A stretch of DNA of 63,068 nucleotides, counting the filler, from Intoshia linei (Eukaryota; Animalia; Orthonectida): NCBI GenBank assembly GCA_001642005.1. It is 3 parts of 3 records of this genome, joined end to end, with 100 filler letters (N's around TTAATTAATTAA, not from the genome) between each part and the next. Parts side by side here need not be neighbours in the genome. Positions count along the whole stretch, not along the records: positions 1 to 31,870 come from LWCA01000333.1; 2 more parts are not named here. The stretch is one strand, 5' to 3'. The notes below the pieces were generated by a model. The model saw only the letters and a list, made by a program, of their open reading frames with translations. It was not told where the DNA came from and ran no database searches. Positions 10,851-24,526 of the stretch are shown here, piece after piece. Within the stretch, counting starts at the first letter, position 1. Each line of letters opens with the position of its first letter. The translations under genes were made by a program, and so were the position numbers.

Positions 10851-13511
10851 ATGATACTTATGTCACCCAATCATCTAATTTCCTCTACAATTTCTAATAA
10901 AAAAGCAATTGGAACTTTTTCAAATGGTAGAAATCGTAAACCAAAAATTAAACGATTAAGTATGATTAGCGACACTTCAAATGGAACTTTACTCGGTTCT
11001 ACAGTTCTCACTAGGTCTCGAAAAAATAAAGTGAACCATCAGCCAGTAATTCTAAAAAGTAAAATGGAGAAAACAAATATAATCGGAAATAGGATTAACA
11101 AATCAAATACATTTGAGCCAAACAGTGCACAGGTGAGTTCTATAAACAAAGATTCTTCTAAGTCAGAGGTCACATCTGCAGATCCACTGCCTTCCAATCC
11201 TGGACAAATGTATAATTTAAAAGATCCCAAGTATATTAAATCTCAAACGAAAATTAAATTTGCACCTGATTCATTCAGCACCCCTAAAAATAAACGATAT
11301 AATAAAAGAAATATGAAATTTGATAAAAATATTTCTGATGCACTGGTTGATTACCACATTGTCAAAACAAAACTTAAAATTGATAATGAAACTAGTTTTG
11401 AACGCACAAATCAACATTTAACACTATCTCTTCCAAATAATAAACAATTGCCTTTATTTTTTATCTTTCACGATCATGATTATTTAAAATTGGATTCAAT
11501 TCCGAGCAATGCATTTGATGTTAAATCTATTTTTGATAGTGCTCACCTAAAAGCTTTTAGTTGTCGAAAAAGAAAAATGAATTTAAATTCTAATAATGTA
11601 TGTCCCAAAAGAGCTAAACTTGTAATTTCAAAAAAAAATTATCGCATTGCAAATAGAAAATCAAACAATTTTCCAATTACTAATCTGTCGGGTACTTCAT
11701 TCCATAAATTTAATGGATATGATATGGATGACACTGAAATGGAAAATATCGACACATCAAAATCTTCCATGAACAATACTCACATGACAACATCTATTCC
11801 ACCTGTAAACAGATCCAAGAGACGTAAAGAAAAATTAAGGGAATCTGACTTTTTTTACTATGACACCAAAAAGAGTCGAATAGGTAGAAATTCTAATCTT
11901 GTTACACTACCTGACATGAATGGTTTCAATGTTCCAGTGACTTCAAAAAAAAAGATCAGAAAACGGGTTAAAAGCAGTCATGCTAAATCGTGGATAACTG
12001 AATATTATGGGAAAATGAGAACAATTGACAAAAAATCTTTATTTGAAAGTGCTGTTTTGAACAATGAATATGATTTTCAAATGGATTTAATGGATAATTA
12101 TATACCTCTTTACTGCGAAGAAGATTCAGTTAGTAAAGAAGTTGATGAAATAAAGAAAAAGTTAAAATGCAATGTTTCTGATGCAGATCTTTTTGACCCC
12201 AAAAATGAACCAATTTCATGTAAATGTTTATTGGATGCAATATCAAAAGAGGCAATTAGCATTATTACGGAACATAATAGATCAGAAATTTTCCTTTACC
12301 ATAAAATGACTTTACCTTATATGCCCCTTAACATTGTCGATACAAAATCAGTGAAAAATTTGAAACTATATTGTATTGGTTATATTCTTCGAAGGTATTA
12401 TGATTATATGCAACAAATTGAATCACTTCCTTTTTTCTCTACTTTTTTACAAGCATTTTTACTTAAATGTCATATGTCTACTATACATAAAATTTACAAT
12501 ACTTTTTTTGAGGATAGAAACCTAGAAAATAATTACAAGTATTTAGAAAAACAGTGTGTTTGTTATTTATACAATAATAAAATTAGGAAATTATGGAAAA
12601 ATACTGGCACCCTTTTAAATAAAAAGAATGTTGACACCAAAGCTATTATTACTCCAGTAGCTAAATCAAACTCAATGTTAGATATGATTACTAATTTTTA
12701 CGGAGAGGTTTTTAAAAATGATGTGGTACTCGATATAGAATATTCTGAAGCAATAGATAGCGATGTAAACAGCGTATATGCAGAAGCAATTTCTGAATAT
12801 ATAATTAAAAATACACAATTTGTAAATATACCACCCATAAATCAAGGTGACATTGTAGAATATCATAAAGTTTACCTAAAGACTGTTGAACCTCAGTGTG
12901 ACGATGAAAAAGAATTTTCAATTGGTATAAAAACAATCACGGGGACTCTTTGCACAGATGGACAACACTATGTTCGGTTAACGGAGCTTTATCGTTTCTT
13001 TTTAAGGAAATGGAGTTTCGATCAAGTTAAAATGGGTATCATTGATTCTGGTTTTAAAATCAAAAGTTTAAATCAAAAATCACGTAGAAAGTCATCCAAA
13101 CAGTATAGAATTAGAGAGGTTGTTAACGTGTCGGATATAGAATTAATTGTTGATATCATGCAGACTAAATACGCAAAATTGAAAGGATGCAACAGGATTT
13201 ATGAACTTATTACTCTTAAAGCACCCAAATTGAAAATTAACGAAATCCATGAACCGAATATTAATGAGCAACAATTACCACGCCGTAAATTGCGAATTTC
13301 ATCTACCCACCGTCGATCATCTCAAAATAACAAAACATTTCGAAATGGAACTATGAATGGCAATTCTCCCATAGGAAACGGTGTCAATTTCAAGTCAGAT
13401 AATTCTAACGGTAATCGTCGAGGACACAGGAAACGACGTAAAAGTGAAATTTTAGCTGCCCAGCAACTATCTCATGATCAAAGTACCTCACACATTTACA
13501 GAAAACTCTAA
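10851..13511 (+). CDS. Uncharacterised basic, probably nuclear protein with a possible Ski/Sno/Dachshund-like winged-helix domain near the C-terminus
   Basis: Uninterrupted 886-codon ORF in very AT-rich DNA with many K/R NLS-like clusters and a DHDY motif. The segment DGQHYVRLTELYRFFL..VVNVSDIELI resembles a DHD box. Confidence 0.75.
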   Translation: MILMSPNHLISSTISNKKAIGTFSNGRNRKPKIKRLSMISDTSNGTLLGSTVLTRSRKNKVNHQPVILKSKMEKTNIIGNRINKSNTFEPNSAQVSSINKDSSKSEVTSADPLPSNPGQMYNLKDPKYIKSQTKIKFAPDSFSTPKNKRYNKRNMKFDKNISDALVDYHIVKTKLKIDNETSFERTNQHLTLSLPNNKQLPLFFIFHDHDYLKLDSIPSNAFDVKSIFDSAHLKAFSCRKRKMNLNSNNVCPKRAKLVISKKNYRIANRKSNNFPITNLSGTSFHKFNGYDMDDTEMENIDTSKSSMNNTHMTTSIPPVNRSKRRKEKLRESDFFYYDTKKSRIGRNSNLVTLPDMNGFNVPVTSKKKIRKRVKSSHAKSWITEYYGKMRTIDKKSLFESAVLNNEYDFQMDLMDNYIPLYCEEDSVSKEVDEIKKKLKCNVSDADLFDPKNEPISCKCLLDAISKEAISIITEHNRSEIFLYHKMTLPYMPLNIVDTKSVKNLKLYCIGYILRRYYDYMQQIESLPFFSTFLQAFLLKCHMSTIHKIYNTFFEDRNLENNYKYLEKQCVCYLYNNKIRKLWKNTGTLLNKKNVDTKAIITPVAKSNSMLDMITNFYGEVFKNDVVLDIEYSEAIDSDVNSVYAEAISEYIIKNTQFVNIPPINQGDIVEYHKVYLKTVEPQCDDEKEFSIGIKTITGTLCTDGQHYVRLTELYRFFLRKWSFDQVKMGIIDSGFKIKSLNQKSRRKSSKQYRIREVVNVSDIELIVDIMQTKYAKLKGCNRIYELITLKAPKLKINEIHEPNINEQQLPRRKLRISSTHRRSSQNNKTFRNGTMNGNSPIGNGVNFKSDNSNGNRRGHRKRRKSEILAAQQLSHDQSTSHIYRKL

Positions 13512-13756
13512 CAATGGTAAATTTTATTTTTCTATTTATGGTATAATTTTATTTTTAGAAAACCTACCCAAATAACCAATCTAATATACATTTGGCTGGT
13601 ATTCAATCTAATCAATTACCATTAAAAAGTAATCACCGTATCGTAAATATGTAAATATAATTTTAGTGATTCAATTGTATTTTATATAATAAAATTTTAT
13701 ATTTGGTATAAAATTTATTGAATATACATTTGAGTTATTGGGTTTGAACATATGCT

Positions 13757-16700
13757 TCAATTTCTTTTTGACTTAAACTCTAAAGTCATTAAATTAATTC
13801 TGAAATGTTTCATTTTCTTAATAATTACTTTTATGAAATTTGATGGTATCAGGCCACTACTTTTATGATTTACAGATGATCCATAATAAAATCCATCATC
13901 AGAAATGTAGTGAAGTTTAATTATATCATTTTTTTTGAAAGACAATTCAGACTAATAATATAGATAGACAAAATATTTTTACCTCTGGATCAATGTTTGG
14001 AGATAATAATGATGGGTTATAATCGTACAACGCTCTGGCATAACCAAGTTCATTTTCCATTGTTTTTTCAATTAAATTACTTGGTACCAAACCATATTTC
14101 TTTTTTATTTTGGATTTATAGAATCCATCAGCATCTATTTCTCCGAAAACCTATTTTCCAGAATTATAATTATATAGTTTACCGTAATGATTTCATCTTT
14201 GCAGAATGCCAATTCTTCTGAAATATCCTGGTTTGGCGACATTTCTTTTGGGTCATAAGAATATAAAGCTCTGAATGTTGAAGTTTGTTCGGTATAATGA
14301 GTGGTAGGTTCACTGTAAATGTGTTTTTTATCTTTTTTTGAACGTTTTAGTTTCGAATTTACCGTTTCTATCGGAGTAAAATCTAATGATTCGACACGCT
14401 TTTTGACAGTTTTATATGGTTTTGAATAATTTACAGTATCTTGGATAGTATTGACGGGTGTAATGTGGTGATTATTTACATTATTATTTTTACAATCTAG
14501 TAACAATTCATCTATATACTCTGATGTTATATTTGTAGATGTGCGTATAGAATACAATTCATTCTCCGACCATGTTCTGAGAGAGAGTGTAACGGGTTTC
14601 TTAAATTTTGAAATATTCAATTCGTCTGATGTTAGGATGCAGTGGTCTGTTAAAGCTCCAGTGACTCGTGTAATTGATTCTTCGTTGATTTCTACAAGAT
14701 ACCCTAACACCACTGATCCATTAGACATGTTCTCTTCGTCCATTACAATAGGTATCCAATTTATAAATAACGATCCGATATCGGGTCCTTTTGTAATTTG
14801 AACGTTTATTGAAGCATCAGGGGGCTCTAAATGACAATATTAGCAATTTTAAAGAAATATAATTACTGGGTATCAAAGTTTGGAATATGCACTGGCTGGA
14901 TAGAATTCTATCTGATGTGTTTTGCATAACGATTTCCAGAGAATATTCATAGTTTGGCTTTAATTTCAAAAGGTAGAAACTGTAAACTCCGGGAAGTGCG
15001 GTAGTGTAGTGTTTACCATTAAGCATTATATGGTGAGAAGTGTTACTATCTGAAGGTAGCCAAGATACTATGGCAGAGGTATAAGTAATACTCACTATAT
15101 TGACTTGGCTAGGTGATTTGTTCACATCCTTACCGAGTAAAATTGTACATCCTGCTTGTTGACTTTCTCTACCCTCAGTGGTGATGACTGTGATTGAAAT
15201 TCGGTGTTCATTTGAATCAATCTGCGTAACAAGACATTTGAGCCGGTTGTTGGATTGAATGGAGCTGTACAAATGAGAATCCAAGTAAATGTGATAGCAG
15301 CAAATATCATCGAATCCAAGGCTAGTTGGAGACTTCCAGCTAATAAGTATAGATGTTTGTAGTTTTCTTTCTATGGTGAGGCAATAAGGTGGCGCTACAG
15401 ATTCTTCGAATGTACCCTCGGAAAAAGAAAGTGTGCCTATGGAACTAAATTGGTTTGAAGCATTTTTAATTTTTTTTAATTTGTCTCGGGCATCAGGGTT
15501 GTGCAGGGATTTTGTATCGCCTAATTTCGGCAAATTAGCGTAAAAAGCTTCCAATTCCTCTTTGGTGAGTTCACGAATAAACGTGGATGGTAACAATCCC
15601 GTATTTCCATTCAATAATTCCCCAACGTAAAACCCATCGTCTCTAATGCTTCCAAAGACTATGACATACTCCCCACAACAAATTTTTAATTCATCTTTTC
15701 CGTTTTCTTTATTAGGTGACATTGTTTCAGGGTTGTAATCGTATAAGCATACAAAAATACGTGAGTTTATAATCATGTTTTTCAACTTGTTGGTTTCTAA
15801 AACAAAATAAAATATAAAAAAAATTGTTACCTTGATCTTTTAAATTAATATTGTTATCTTCTGTTGAAGCTATATTTCAATTTAGTTCATTATATATTGG
15901 AAAATACTTGATTTGAGTGGAGATTTTAAATGTTTTAAAACATCAAAAACATTATTGGTAAAATCTTCATTTTTGACTTCCTTCTTGAGGTCGTAATCAT
16001 AATTAGAAATTAAAATTTTTTCAAATTCTTTAACGAGTTCATTTTGCTGCAATTGTTGAATCTTGTTTTTTTCTCGTAGCAATAATATTTCATCCTTAAT
16101 CACAATTTAATATTACTTATGCGTCAATAAAACAACTGACTCAAGTTGTGTATCAGTAAAATTTACCTTAAGTGTCTTGAAGGATTCATCATTTTCAGTC
16201 TAAATGGAAATAAAGAGAATAAGCAGATTGAACCTCATTGTTTAAATTTGAACTCTCCATCAATATGGTTTTATCCAACTTGGTCGGTTTTTTTATCTAA
16301 ATACCATTATCCCATTTAAGAATAAATAAAAGTAATTAAAATAGTCAATTATGCATGTGTCGCCATTGCAGTTTAATTCAAAAATCCAATATTTACACAA
16401 ATATATTACTCAAATAAAAACTGCAGTAACGAATTTAGAACATTGCTGATTTGTATCACATTTCGAGGATATGAAATTAAAATTTACACAATAATAATTC
16501 ATTTTATCAAACTGTATTTGATAGTAGTTGCGTAAAGTTATTGATTACTCAGATTTCCTTGAATAAAATAAATATACCCTTACCTTTTTTTCCTTATCTT
16601 GCGTTTGAATAACCGAAGATCTATATCTAATTTCAGTTGACTGAGATGTTGATTTCTATAAATTAGTCAAGATATATCAAAATATTTAGTTACACTTAGT

Positions 16701-17830
16701 TCATTTTCATTGCATTTACCCAAGAATTCCTAAATATAATCAAATTAAGTTTTAACAAAAATTTACAGTTGTATCGTCTATTGTGGATGTTGACCTAGAT
16801 ATTTCAAAGTTTGATTTATCAAATAGTTTAATCTCTGGCTCATGTTTGAAAACGGTGTGTTTTTCGATCCAATTTCTCTAGAAATACAATGACATTTTGA
16901 ATACATACTCATACCAATCTGACATTTTCAATGTTTAACTGTGTAGATTTTTGGTCAAGGCTCGTTATTTTGGTAGATAAATTGGTTAATTTTTCTATCA
17001 ATTTTTTTTCATTGTCATTTTTCTGACGAATCTAAATATAAATCATAATTAAAAAATACTTACTATCATAGTATACAAAAATTAACAAAACTTAAATGAA
17101 TTTATCAAAATTACATAAACAAAGTCATAGTAAAATATTAATTGATTTTTTAATTACAATACTATTGATTTTATCTAAATACGTTTAATATTTTATGTAA
17201 CCTTAAAGTGTCATTTGATTTTTAATATGTTATTTTTGAATTATTAGTTTACCATGTTTTTAGTTTCGTAGTCAATAAGTTGTTCCTTAAAAATATCTGA
17301 AATGTTGTTTTTAAAACTATTATCATCACTTTCTTTTAAAGAAGCTTCGTAAGATTGACGTAAATCGGTAATGTACTTTTCTCTCTCTCCGTCAATTATT
17401 GCCATTGTCTCAACTTGGTTACACAGAGATTCCTTTACGTTATTTACCAAGTTTATATGTTTATTCATTTTCAAAGCACATATATTTTCAGTTTGTATTC
17501 GTTTTCGTTCTTCGTTAACCGCTTGAATTACTGCAGTATTTTTTTCCTTTGTCAACTGAACACATAGATGGTTGATGCTTCTTTCAAATGTACATTTTTG
17601 GCGGAATATTCTCCTTTCGTAATCACTTTTTAACTTACGCTTCAATACATCTAGTTTTAATTTTTCTTGGCGTGATTTCTGAATATCGATACTTTTAAGA
17701 TCTATCTGATGTTGTGTATCGATATCTCTTAGTATTCGGTTATTTTCGCTTTTTAATTTTTCTAAAAAATAAATACATATTGGCTACTACATATCGAACA
17801 ATAATTGATATAATGTTGAACAATGTGACA
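13757..17830 (-). CDS. RIMBP2: RIM-binding protein (coiled coil - SH3 - 3xFN3 - SH3 - SH3); 5' end approximate
   Basis: SH3 domains FVCLYDYNPETMSPN..GLLPSTF, FRALYSYDPKEMSPN..GLVPSNL and ARALYDYNP..GLIPSNF; three FN3 repeats; upstream coiled-coil exons. Confidence 0.9.
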
Positions 17831-20401
17831 TAAAGTCATTACGTATGAATAAATTAAATATGTAATAGTCATGTAGAATTTTATATTTTCAATTTTAAAA
17901 TATTTTAACATAAATTAATAAAAAATGGTGTGTAAAAATTATAATATACACTTCATTTGGGCTTATTTGAATATTTAAAAAATTAACATTATACTAGCTA
18001 TTCCTAATTCAAGAAATGTGATCTCGTGGGATCTGTAAATTTCAGGTACCTGAGAAAAATTAGAAATAAAAATAGGAATTTTTATTATTCGAAATAATTA
18101 ACGACTGAAGTGAATTTTATTCATATTATCATATTCAAAGTTTTGCTTTCTATTTATGGACCACATCGAATTTATTTATCTTGTACCACATTTAAAAAGC
18201 ATAACTATGGGTAGTATCAGCAGGACCATATCATCAGGGTCCTACTTTTCTAGATCTATAGGTGATATTATAATGTATTATATAATATAAATTAATGGTT
18301 TAATTTTTCATTTATATATAGGATATAAAATGTTCATCTCCCCTGGTCCCCTTTTCGTTTTCCACGCCCTGGTTGTAGGTGTCACTTTTTAAGTATATAT
18401 AAATACATAATAAAATAACATAATAATACATGTATAAGTTTTTTAAATTTTTAAGCACTTGTTTAAATTAATAAAAGGAAACTTTTAATCACAAACGTAC
18501 AATGTATTTTAGTGATTTATTTTATAAATGAATTTGATTAAGATGAAATAAGTACAAGGTGTTTTATAAATTATACTAATAAATACGACATACACATTTG
18601 ATGGTAGTAAAATAATTTTTCATAAAATCATTGAAACTCGAAATATTGTTCAAAATTACCGTATTTCGTACAATTTAGATAAAGTTGTAAGAAACTACTG
18701 GGTCAGATTGTATTAAAAACTATTTAATGATAATAAACGTGGGTGTTTGGTTTCTGAAAAATTTTAAACTATAATACTTGACATACTTAACAATTCAATT
18801 TATCGATAAAAAATTAAAAAACCACTAGACTAATTTCCATAACTAATTTATTAATATTTATTTATTTTTTGTAAATAGAAACAACTATCTTAGTATCAAT
18901 ATATAATTAGATCGAAAAATGTCAGTTGATCCAAAATAAGGATTGAAACCGACTCCTAATTTTTTTTCATGAAAAATTTAAAAAATCCATCCTATACTAT
19001 ATAATACGGTTTCCAATGGCTATTATAAAAATTAAAATTAAAATTGCGTGTCATAGAAAATTATTACAAACCCAGAAAATCTGAGCCAGAATACATTTTA
19101 TTCAAATTTTATTTGAAGCGATAAGTGGAAATTTTTAATTCGAGTCGGTCATATCGGTTCGGTTCCAATGCCTCATACAGGATATACCGAATATTACCTT
19201 TTTGTGAAAAAAGTTTAAAATTTTTATCTAACCTTTTTTATTATGCAGAAATTATTATTATTAGACGTTGACTCTACTCAAAATTTTCACTTCAAATACG
19301 AGTCGTATTAATCTTTTTATTATTCTACGACAGTGATTCCATATCGTTTTCACCGTAGCGCCCCAGCGTAGTAAAAATATTCTACAGCCCTTCATATTTT
19401 TTGTTATGCCTTATATTGTGTATGTTATAACTAGGGAAAATTTTAGTCAATAAAATCAATTTTTTAAATGTAAAATACGATAAAATGCGTTTAAAATACA
19501 TTTTAGTCAGTAGTGAACATTATTTAAATATTAATAAAATACACGAAGATGGGTCTCGAGTTACAAGCATGTTTCGATTGGAATTTATCTGCAATCTTAG
19601 TAATCTTCTATTTTGTAAAATAAGTCACTCGAAATATTGAAGGATGTTTTTTGTAGATTCTCACAGAAAAACAAAAAAAACATGTTAATATTAGTAGAAA
19701 TAACATATAGAAAACATTAACTTTTTCGATTCATAAAGTAAATTTTTTAATTTATAAGGTTTATTAAAATATTTATCTAGTTATAGCAAGTTACATTGTA
19801 CGCGTATAAATGTTCTACTGTATTAAAACATAGTAAATTGCTTTTTTGATCAGTAAGGCATAACTTTGTGATATTGAAATTTTTTATGTATGTTAACTGG
19901 AAAAAGATAAATTAGCCAAATTTTTTTTAATGTTAGGACTATTATCATTTTTTTATTTTTCAAAATAATAGGTAATTTGTGTTTTTGGTGTGAATATACC
20001 AATTTTTGAATTTGAAATATATGTTAATTTCTGCGAAGAAAAAAACTGATTTAGTAGCTTTATTTTGCAATTTATAGGACTGTCTGGTTTCTGATACATA
20101 TAATTATATGCATCAGAAATAGTGATGTGGATCGCAAAACTTTTTTATTATTAAAATAGGACATGCCAAAATATTATCCTGTGATATGAATGCTATTACA
20201 AAAAATAAAAAAATATTAGGTCCCAAATTCTGACTCAATAGTTTTTCTAAAATGTTTCAAAATTTTATAGATCAAAAAAACAACACTATTATTTTACTGT
20301 AATATAGAAAATCCTATTAATTGTTTAGTTGAAAAATGTTAAAATGTTTTTAGCAAATATCCCCAAACTTGGATCATGTTGCTGAACTCTTATACATTTA
20401 C

Positions 20402-21141
20402 TTATTTATTATTATGTATGTAGTATGCACTAAGTGCTTCTGACTCACCCAAGATGTCATATGACCTTAATGGGAATACAATATCTATAATTATAATTAC
20501 AGTATAGAAAAAAAATTTACTCATATTTCTATTTTTAGATATAACTTCCGATTTTAACCATTCCACTTTATTGCATTGAGAAAGTCTATTTTTTTTAAGG
20601 TTAGAATTGTCTACGTCATCTTTACTAAATGAAGAGCTTCTTCTGTAATTCGTTCGTTTTTGTATATTAATTTTCCTATTATCATATAAAGCATCTGAGC
20701 TATCTAAATTTATGAATGAATTGTAAAATATATTTACTTTGGTATGATTCGATAAAATCACTGCTGGAACTATTTTTGCTGTTTGGGTTTTCTTCAGGTG
20801 TTATGTTCGAAATATCGGCACCAGTGGTATATTGCATTCTCATGTTCGATTCTATTTGACTATTGGGATATAAAAAGGAAGATGAAAGCCTATTGAGCAT
20901 ATGAAGGTCTAATTTCTCCTTTTTATCCTTAGCCATTTAAATTAAATAAAATACACACTTGTTTAAATAGAAATAAAAGTTTATACAGCTGGTAGTTTAA
21001 TTTAAATCTACGTAGCGATACATTTTCTAGGCATTTAATTAAATAGGGATAAATAAAACCGCAACTATACTCCAACTTGACTGGTATTGTCTGATTTGAA
21101 ATGTATGCAATTTGAATCGATTTATCGGCGGATATTGACAA
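20402..21141 (-). CDS. Hypothetical Ser/Asn-rich multi-exon protein
   Basis: Three overlapping minus-strand ORFs can be joined by short GT-AG introns. No recognisable domain. Confidence 0.35.
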
Positions 21142-22385
21142 TAAAATTTATTCACATTAAGAGTGTAATTAATTTGAGAATATTGTAACTTATCAAAATG
21201 ATTCACATAACTGGATAAACAAATGAAACATTATACTTGCAGTTACTCGAGTATACAACAATTAATCAGTATCATTCAACTCGTTTCTGCCTTTTATCTA
21301 TTATTAGTCTTTAGTTATCTGTCTTTAGTGCCAATGTACAATTCATTTGTGTATTTTGGTGATCCGGAATCATTCAACATGCTTCATTTTGTATCAAAGT
21401 AAACAATCAAGTTAACAAGCTAATACAAAATCAATAATCAATCAAACCTATAAACCTAATTAAGATTATCAAAAAGCTAATCAACACATTGAATTAAAGC
21501 GTAAAAGATTATGTCTTAATTCACAAAATGTCAGTTTTTAATTGTTAATTGAGTCCATTTTCTTTTCAATTAGTTAATTCTCAATCAATGAATCCTAATT
21601 TTTTGTATGCAGGCAGTATTTAATGTGACCACCTTTAGTTGCAAATAAATCACTACTCGTATATTTATATCCATTCATATTCATATTCGATAACTGGGTT
21701 AATCTTTCCATTGTTTTTTGAAGTAAATCGCGAATTTGTTCAGTTTGTCTCGTCCAATCATTTTTTCAATAAAACTTTTCGATTGAATTTAAATCAGGAT
21801 ATTGGGAAGGCATTCCAATTTACGTATACTATTTATTTACGTATTTACTTATAGTTATTTACGCTTATACCACGTAAATGTATAAGTTTTTAAATGTACT
21901 CTAAATCAAGGTAGAAAATCCCTCGATAAGATTTTATTAGAATAACAATAATTATTTAATTCTTTTTAAAAATTGAATAAAATTTTAAAATATATCACAC
22001 CCGTATGATCAGGATCTAAGAGTTAATTTAGTTTTTTAAGTTTTATTTTATTTACTTTGAAAAGTTGAATCATACCTAAATAAATGAATAAAAATAATAC
22101 TCTACGATACATAAAGCCCAATTTTTTTAAAAACATTTTTATAATAAAGGACATCCATTATTTTTAAAAGACGATCATTTATAATTTCAGATTTGGTAAA
22201 TGTGGCCATCTAAAACAAGCTTGATGACCTTATCTTTACATGAAATATTACTAATTTAAGGTTTAGTAGACAATTTTGATAATACAATAATATAGTTAAT
22301 GTTTTTAATAAATAATAACATACATGTATATTTAAATTACAATATTAACAAAATTAAGGATTACAAACTTAACGTGAAAATGTTA

Positions 22386-24526
22386 TTAAATATTTGAATT
22401 GAAAAGATCTGAACTTGGAAAATCATCATAGAGATCCGTTATTCCCTCCACATTATCTTCTAAGCTAAACATGTAGTCTTGTTCAAGTAAAGCTGGATGT
22501 AATTGTTCAAATTGTTGGGTAGGGTTTTCGCGTTGTGGTTGAGAGGTGGTAAACATCCACTCATCCCTTTCAAAATGTATGCCTTGGTTAAGAAGATTGT
22601 CATTAAGAATAATGTCTTGGTTTTCAACAAAATCAATTGCTTTGGCATTTTTGTCATATACATTTTCTTCAGGTATCATGTTTTCTAATCTGTGAGGATT
22701 TATCTTAAAATTATCACCAACTTTTTCGAGGTGAGTATCCTCATCGGGACAAATAAAACCTTCAATCTCAGTATCACTCTTTAGAAACATTTGAATGTTC
22801 TAAAAACATGATTAAAAACAATAAAATATTTCAAATACATCATGTATTGGATTGGGAACTTCCATTCGTGTTTCTGGTGGAGCTTTGATTATAATAACTG
22901 TATTTTTTTTATAGGAATCAATATTTCTAATGTCTTTGTAGTTTAGGTACAATTTAGTGCTTTAATAGGAAAATAATGCTATAAAATATTAAAAAATAAA
23001 ATATATAAATGAAACAAAAGGATATTTTTTGTCTTCAGATTCATTAATTCGTTTAAGAGAACTTTCTAAAGAATCAATGTGATGTTCTAAGTATGTTTCT
23101 ATGCATTCAAGCTCAGCTAGGTCTAATTTTGATATATAAATATTTTTTATCAATTCAATTACCAGCATGCAATTTTATTTGATCTATACTTTTAGCTTTA
23201 TTTTCTTCTTCAGTCGATTTTTGACCACTATTATTGTGAATAAATTATGATAATTTTTTTTGTAAATAAATATAGATTCATACTATATAAACTTTATAAG
23301 GTATACCAGTTGATGTTAACGAGTTGAAACACAGAATTACATAATGAGATACGTTCTCAAAAATTATTCTGGGAAAAGTCCCCGGACCCAGACCCGAGAG
23401 GGTGTATTTGAAAGAATACCATCCGTGTGGTTATATGCCCCAGACACTTGCGCTTCTGGTAATGAACTTAGTGAACCTTGCGTTTGTCGCGGTGATAGTC
23501 AGTTTACATAATAGATATTTCAACAATATACACAATGGGGCTTAGCGTTGACATCTTTTTTCTACTTAAAACAGAGGTTCCATAGGTTTTTATACATAAA
23601 ATGTTTAATTTTACAGAAAATAGTATTAATTGGTTTTCAAGTTACACCGGGAGGTTTACTGTAGATATATGAAAACATAAATGATTTTTTTATATAATTA
23701 AATCTTACATTTTAGAACTAATTCAATCTATTTCACTAAATTTTTATTGGTTAAAAAATTCAGACCCATCCCATACACTCTAATACAGTGGTTTTCAACC
23801 TTTTTGTGTTCGCAACCCCCTTATAAACATAAAAAATTTTCATAATGTAAAAATATTTCCGTAACATTATTACTGTCAATATATTAAAAAATATAATAAA
23901 AAAAATAAATAAATATATTCATAAAATTTTCAAATTCTCACAACCTCCTGATAAATTTCGCGACCCCCTGGTTGAAAAGCACTGCTCTAATAAAACTAAC
24001 AAGTATGGGACCAGTTAAGTATCCATTAACTTGATACTTACATCCACTGCACATTGCATTTTTCTATTTTTTTAATCAAATCAATTCCTTCCAAAACGTT
24101 GGTTATATCATATATCCGTCGTTTGTGCACACTCAATTTTTTAGCAGCATATGTGAGGTTTACAATCTATAAATGGAATGATGTATTTAAAGGATAAATG
24201 TTACCCCATTAGGATCCATTCTAATGAGATCAATGAATCTTTTGGTTAACAGTCCAAGTGACGTATCGTATTTCTTATCATGATTATCTATGGATAAATA
24301 AATTGTTAATTTTGAGTACCTGATAAGATAAATGAAAAAACGGAATCCTTCATATTATCTGTGTCTGCGTTATCTTCCAAATTCATATTAAGGGCTCGTT
24401 TTGTTTTCTAAATGAAAAATATAAATTGAACAACAAAATGTATACTAAATATTGATCCGAATTGCTATCAGGAGCCCATATTTTGCTGAAATTCTTAATA
24501 TCTGGTGTTTGTAATCGTTCTTCCAT
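22386..24526 (-). CDS. E2F: E2F transcription factor with Rb-binding tail
   Basis: [37 protein letters not shown]-binding domain; marked box [16 protein letters not shown]; C-terminal [14 protein letters not shown]. Confidence 0.95.
22957..23025 (-). other. U12-type AT-AC intron in E2F
   Basis: 5' end ATATCCTTTT and 3' end TTTTCCTATTAAAGCAC. Removing it restores [15 protein letters not shown]. Confidence 0.85.
23786..23984. mobile_element. hAT (Charlie/Buster-type) MITE in an E2F intron
   Basis: TIRs CAGTGGTTTTCAACC and GGTTGAAAAGCACTG; perfect 8-bp TSD CTCTAATA. Confidence 0.92.
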
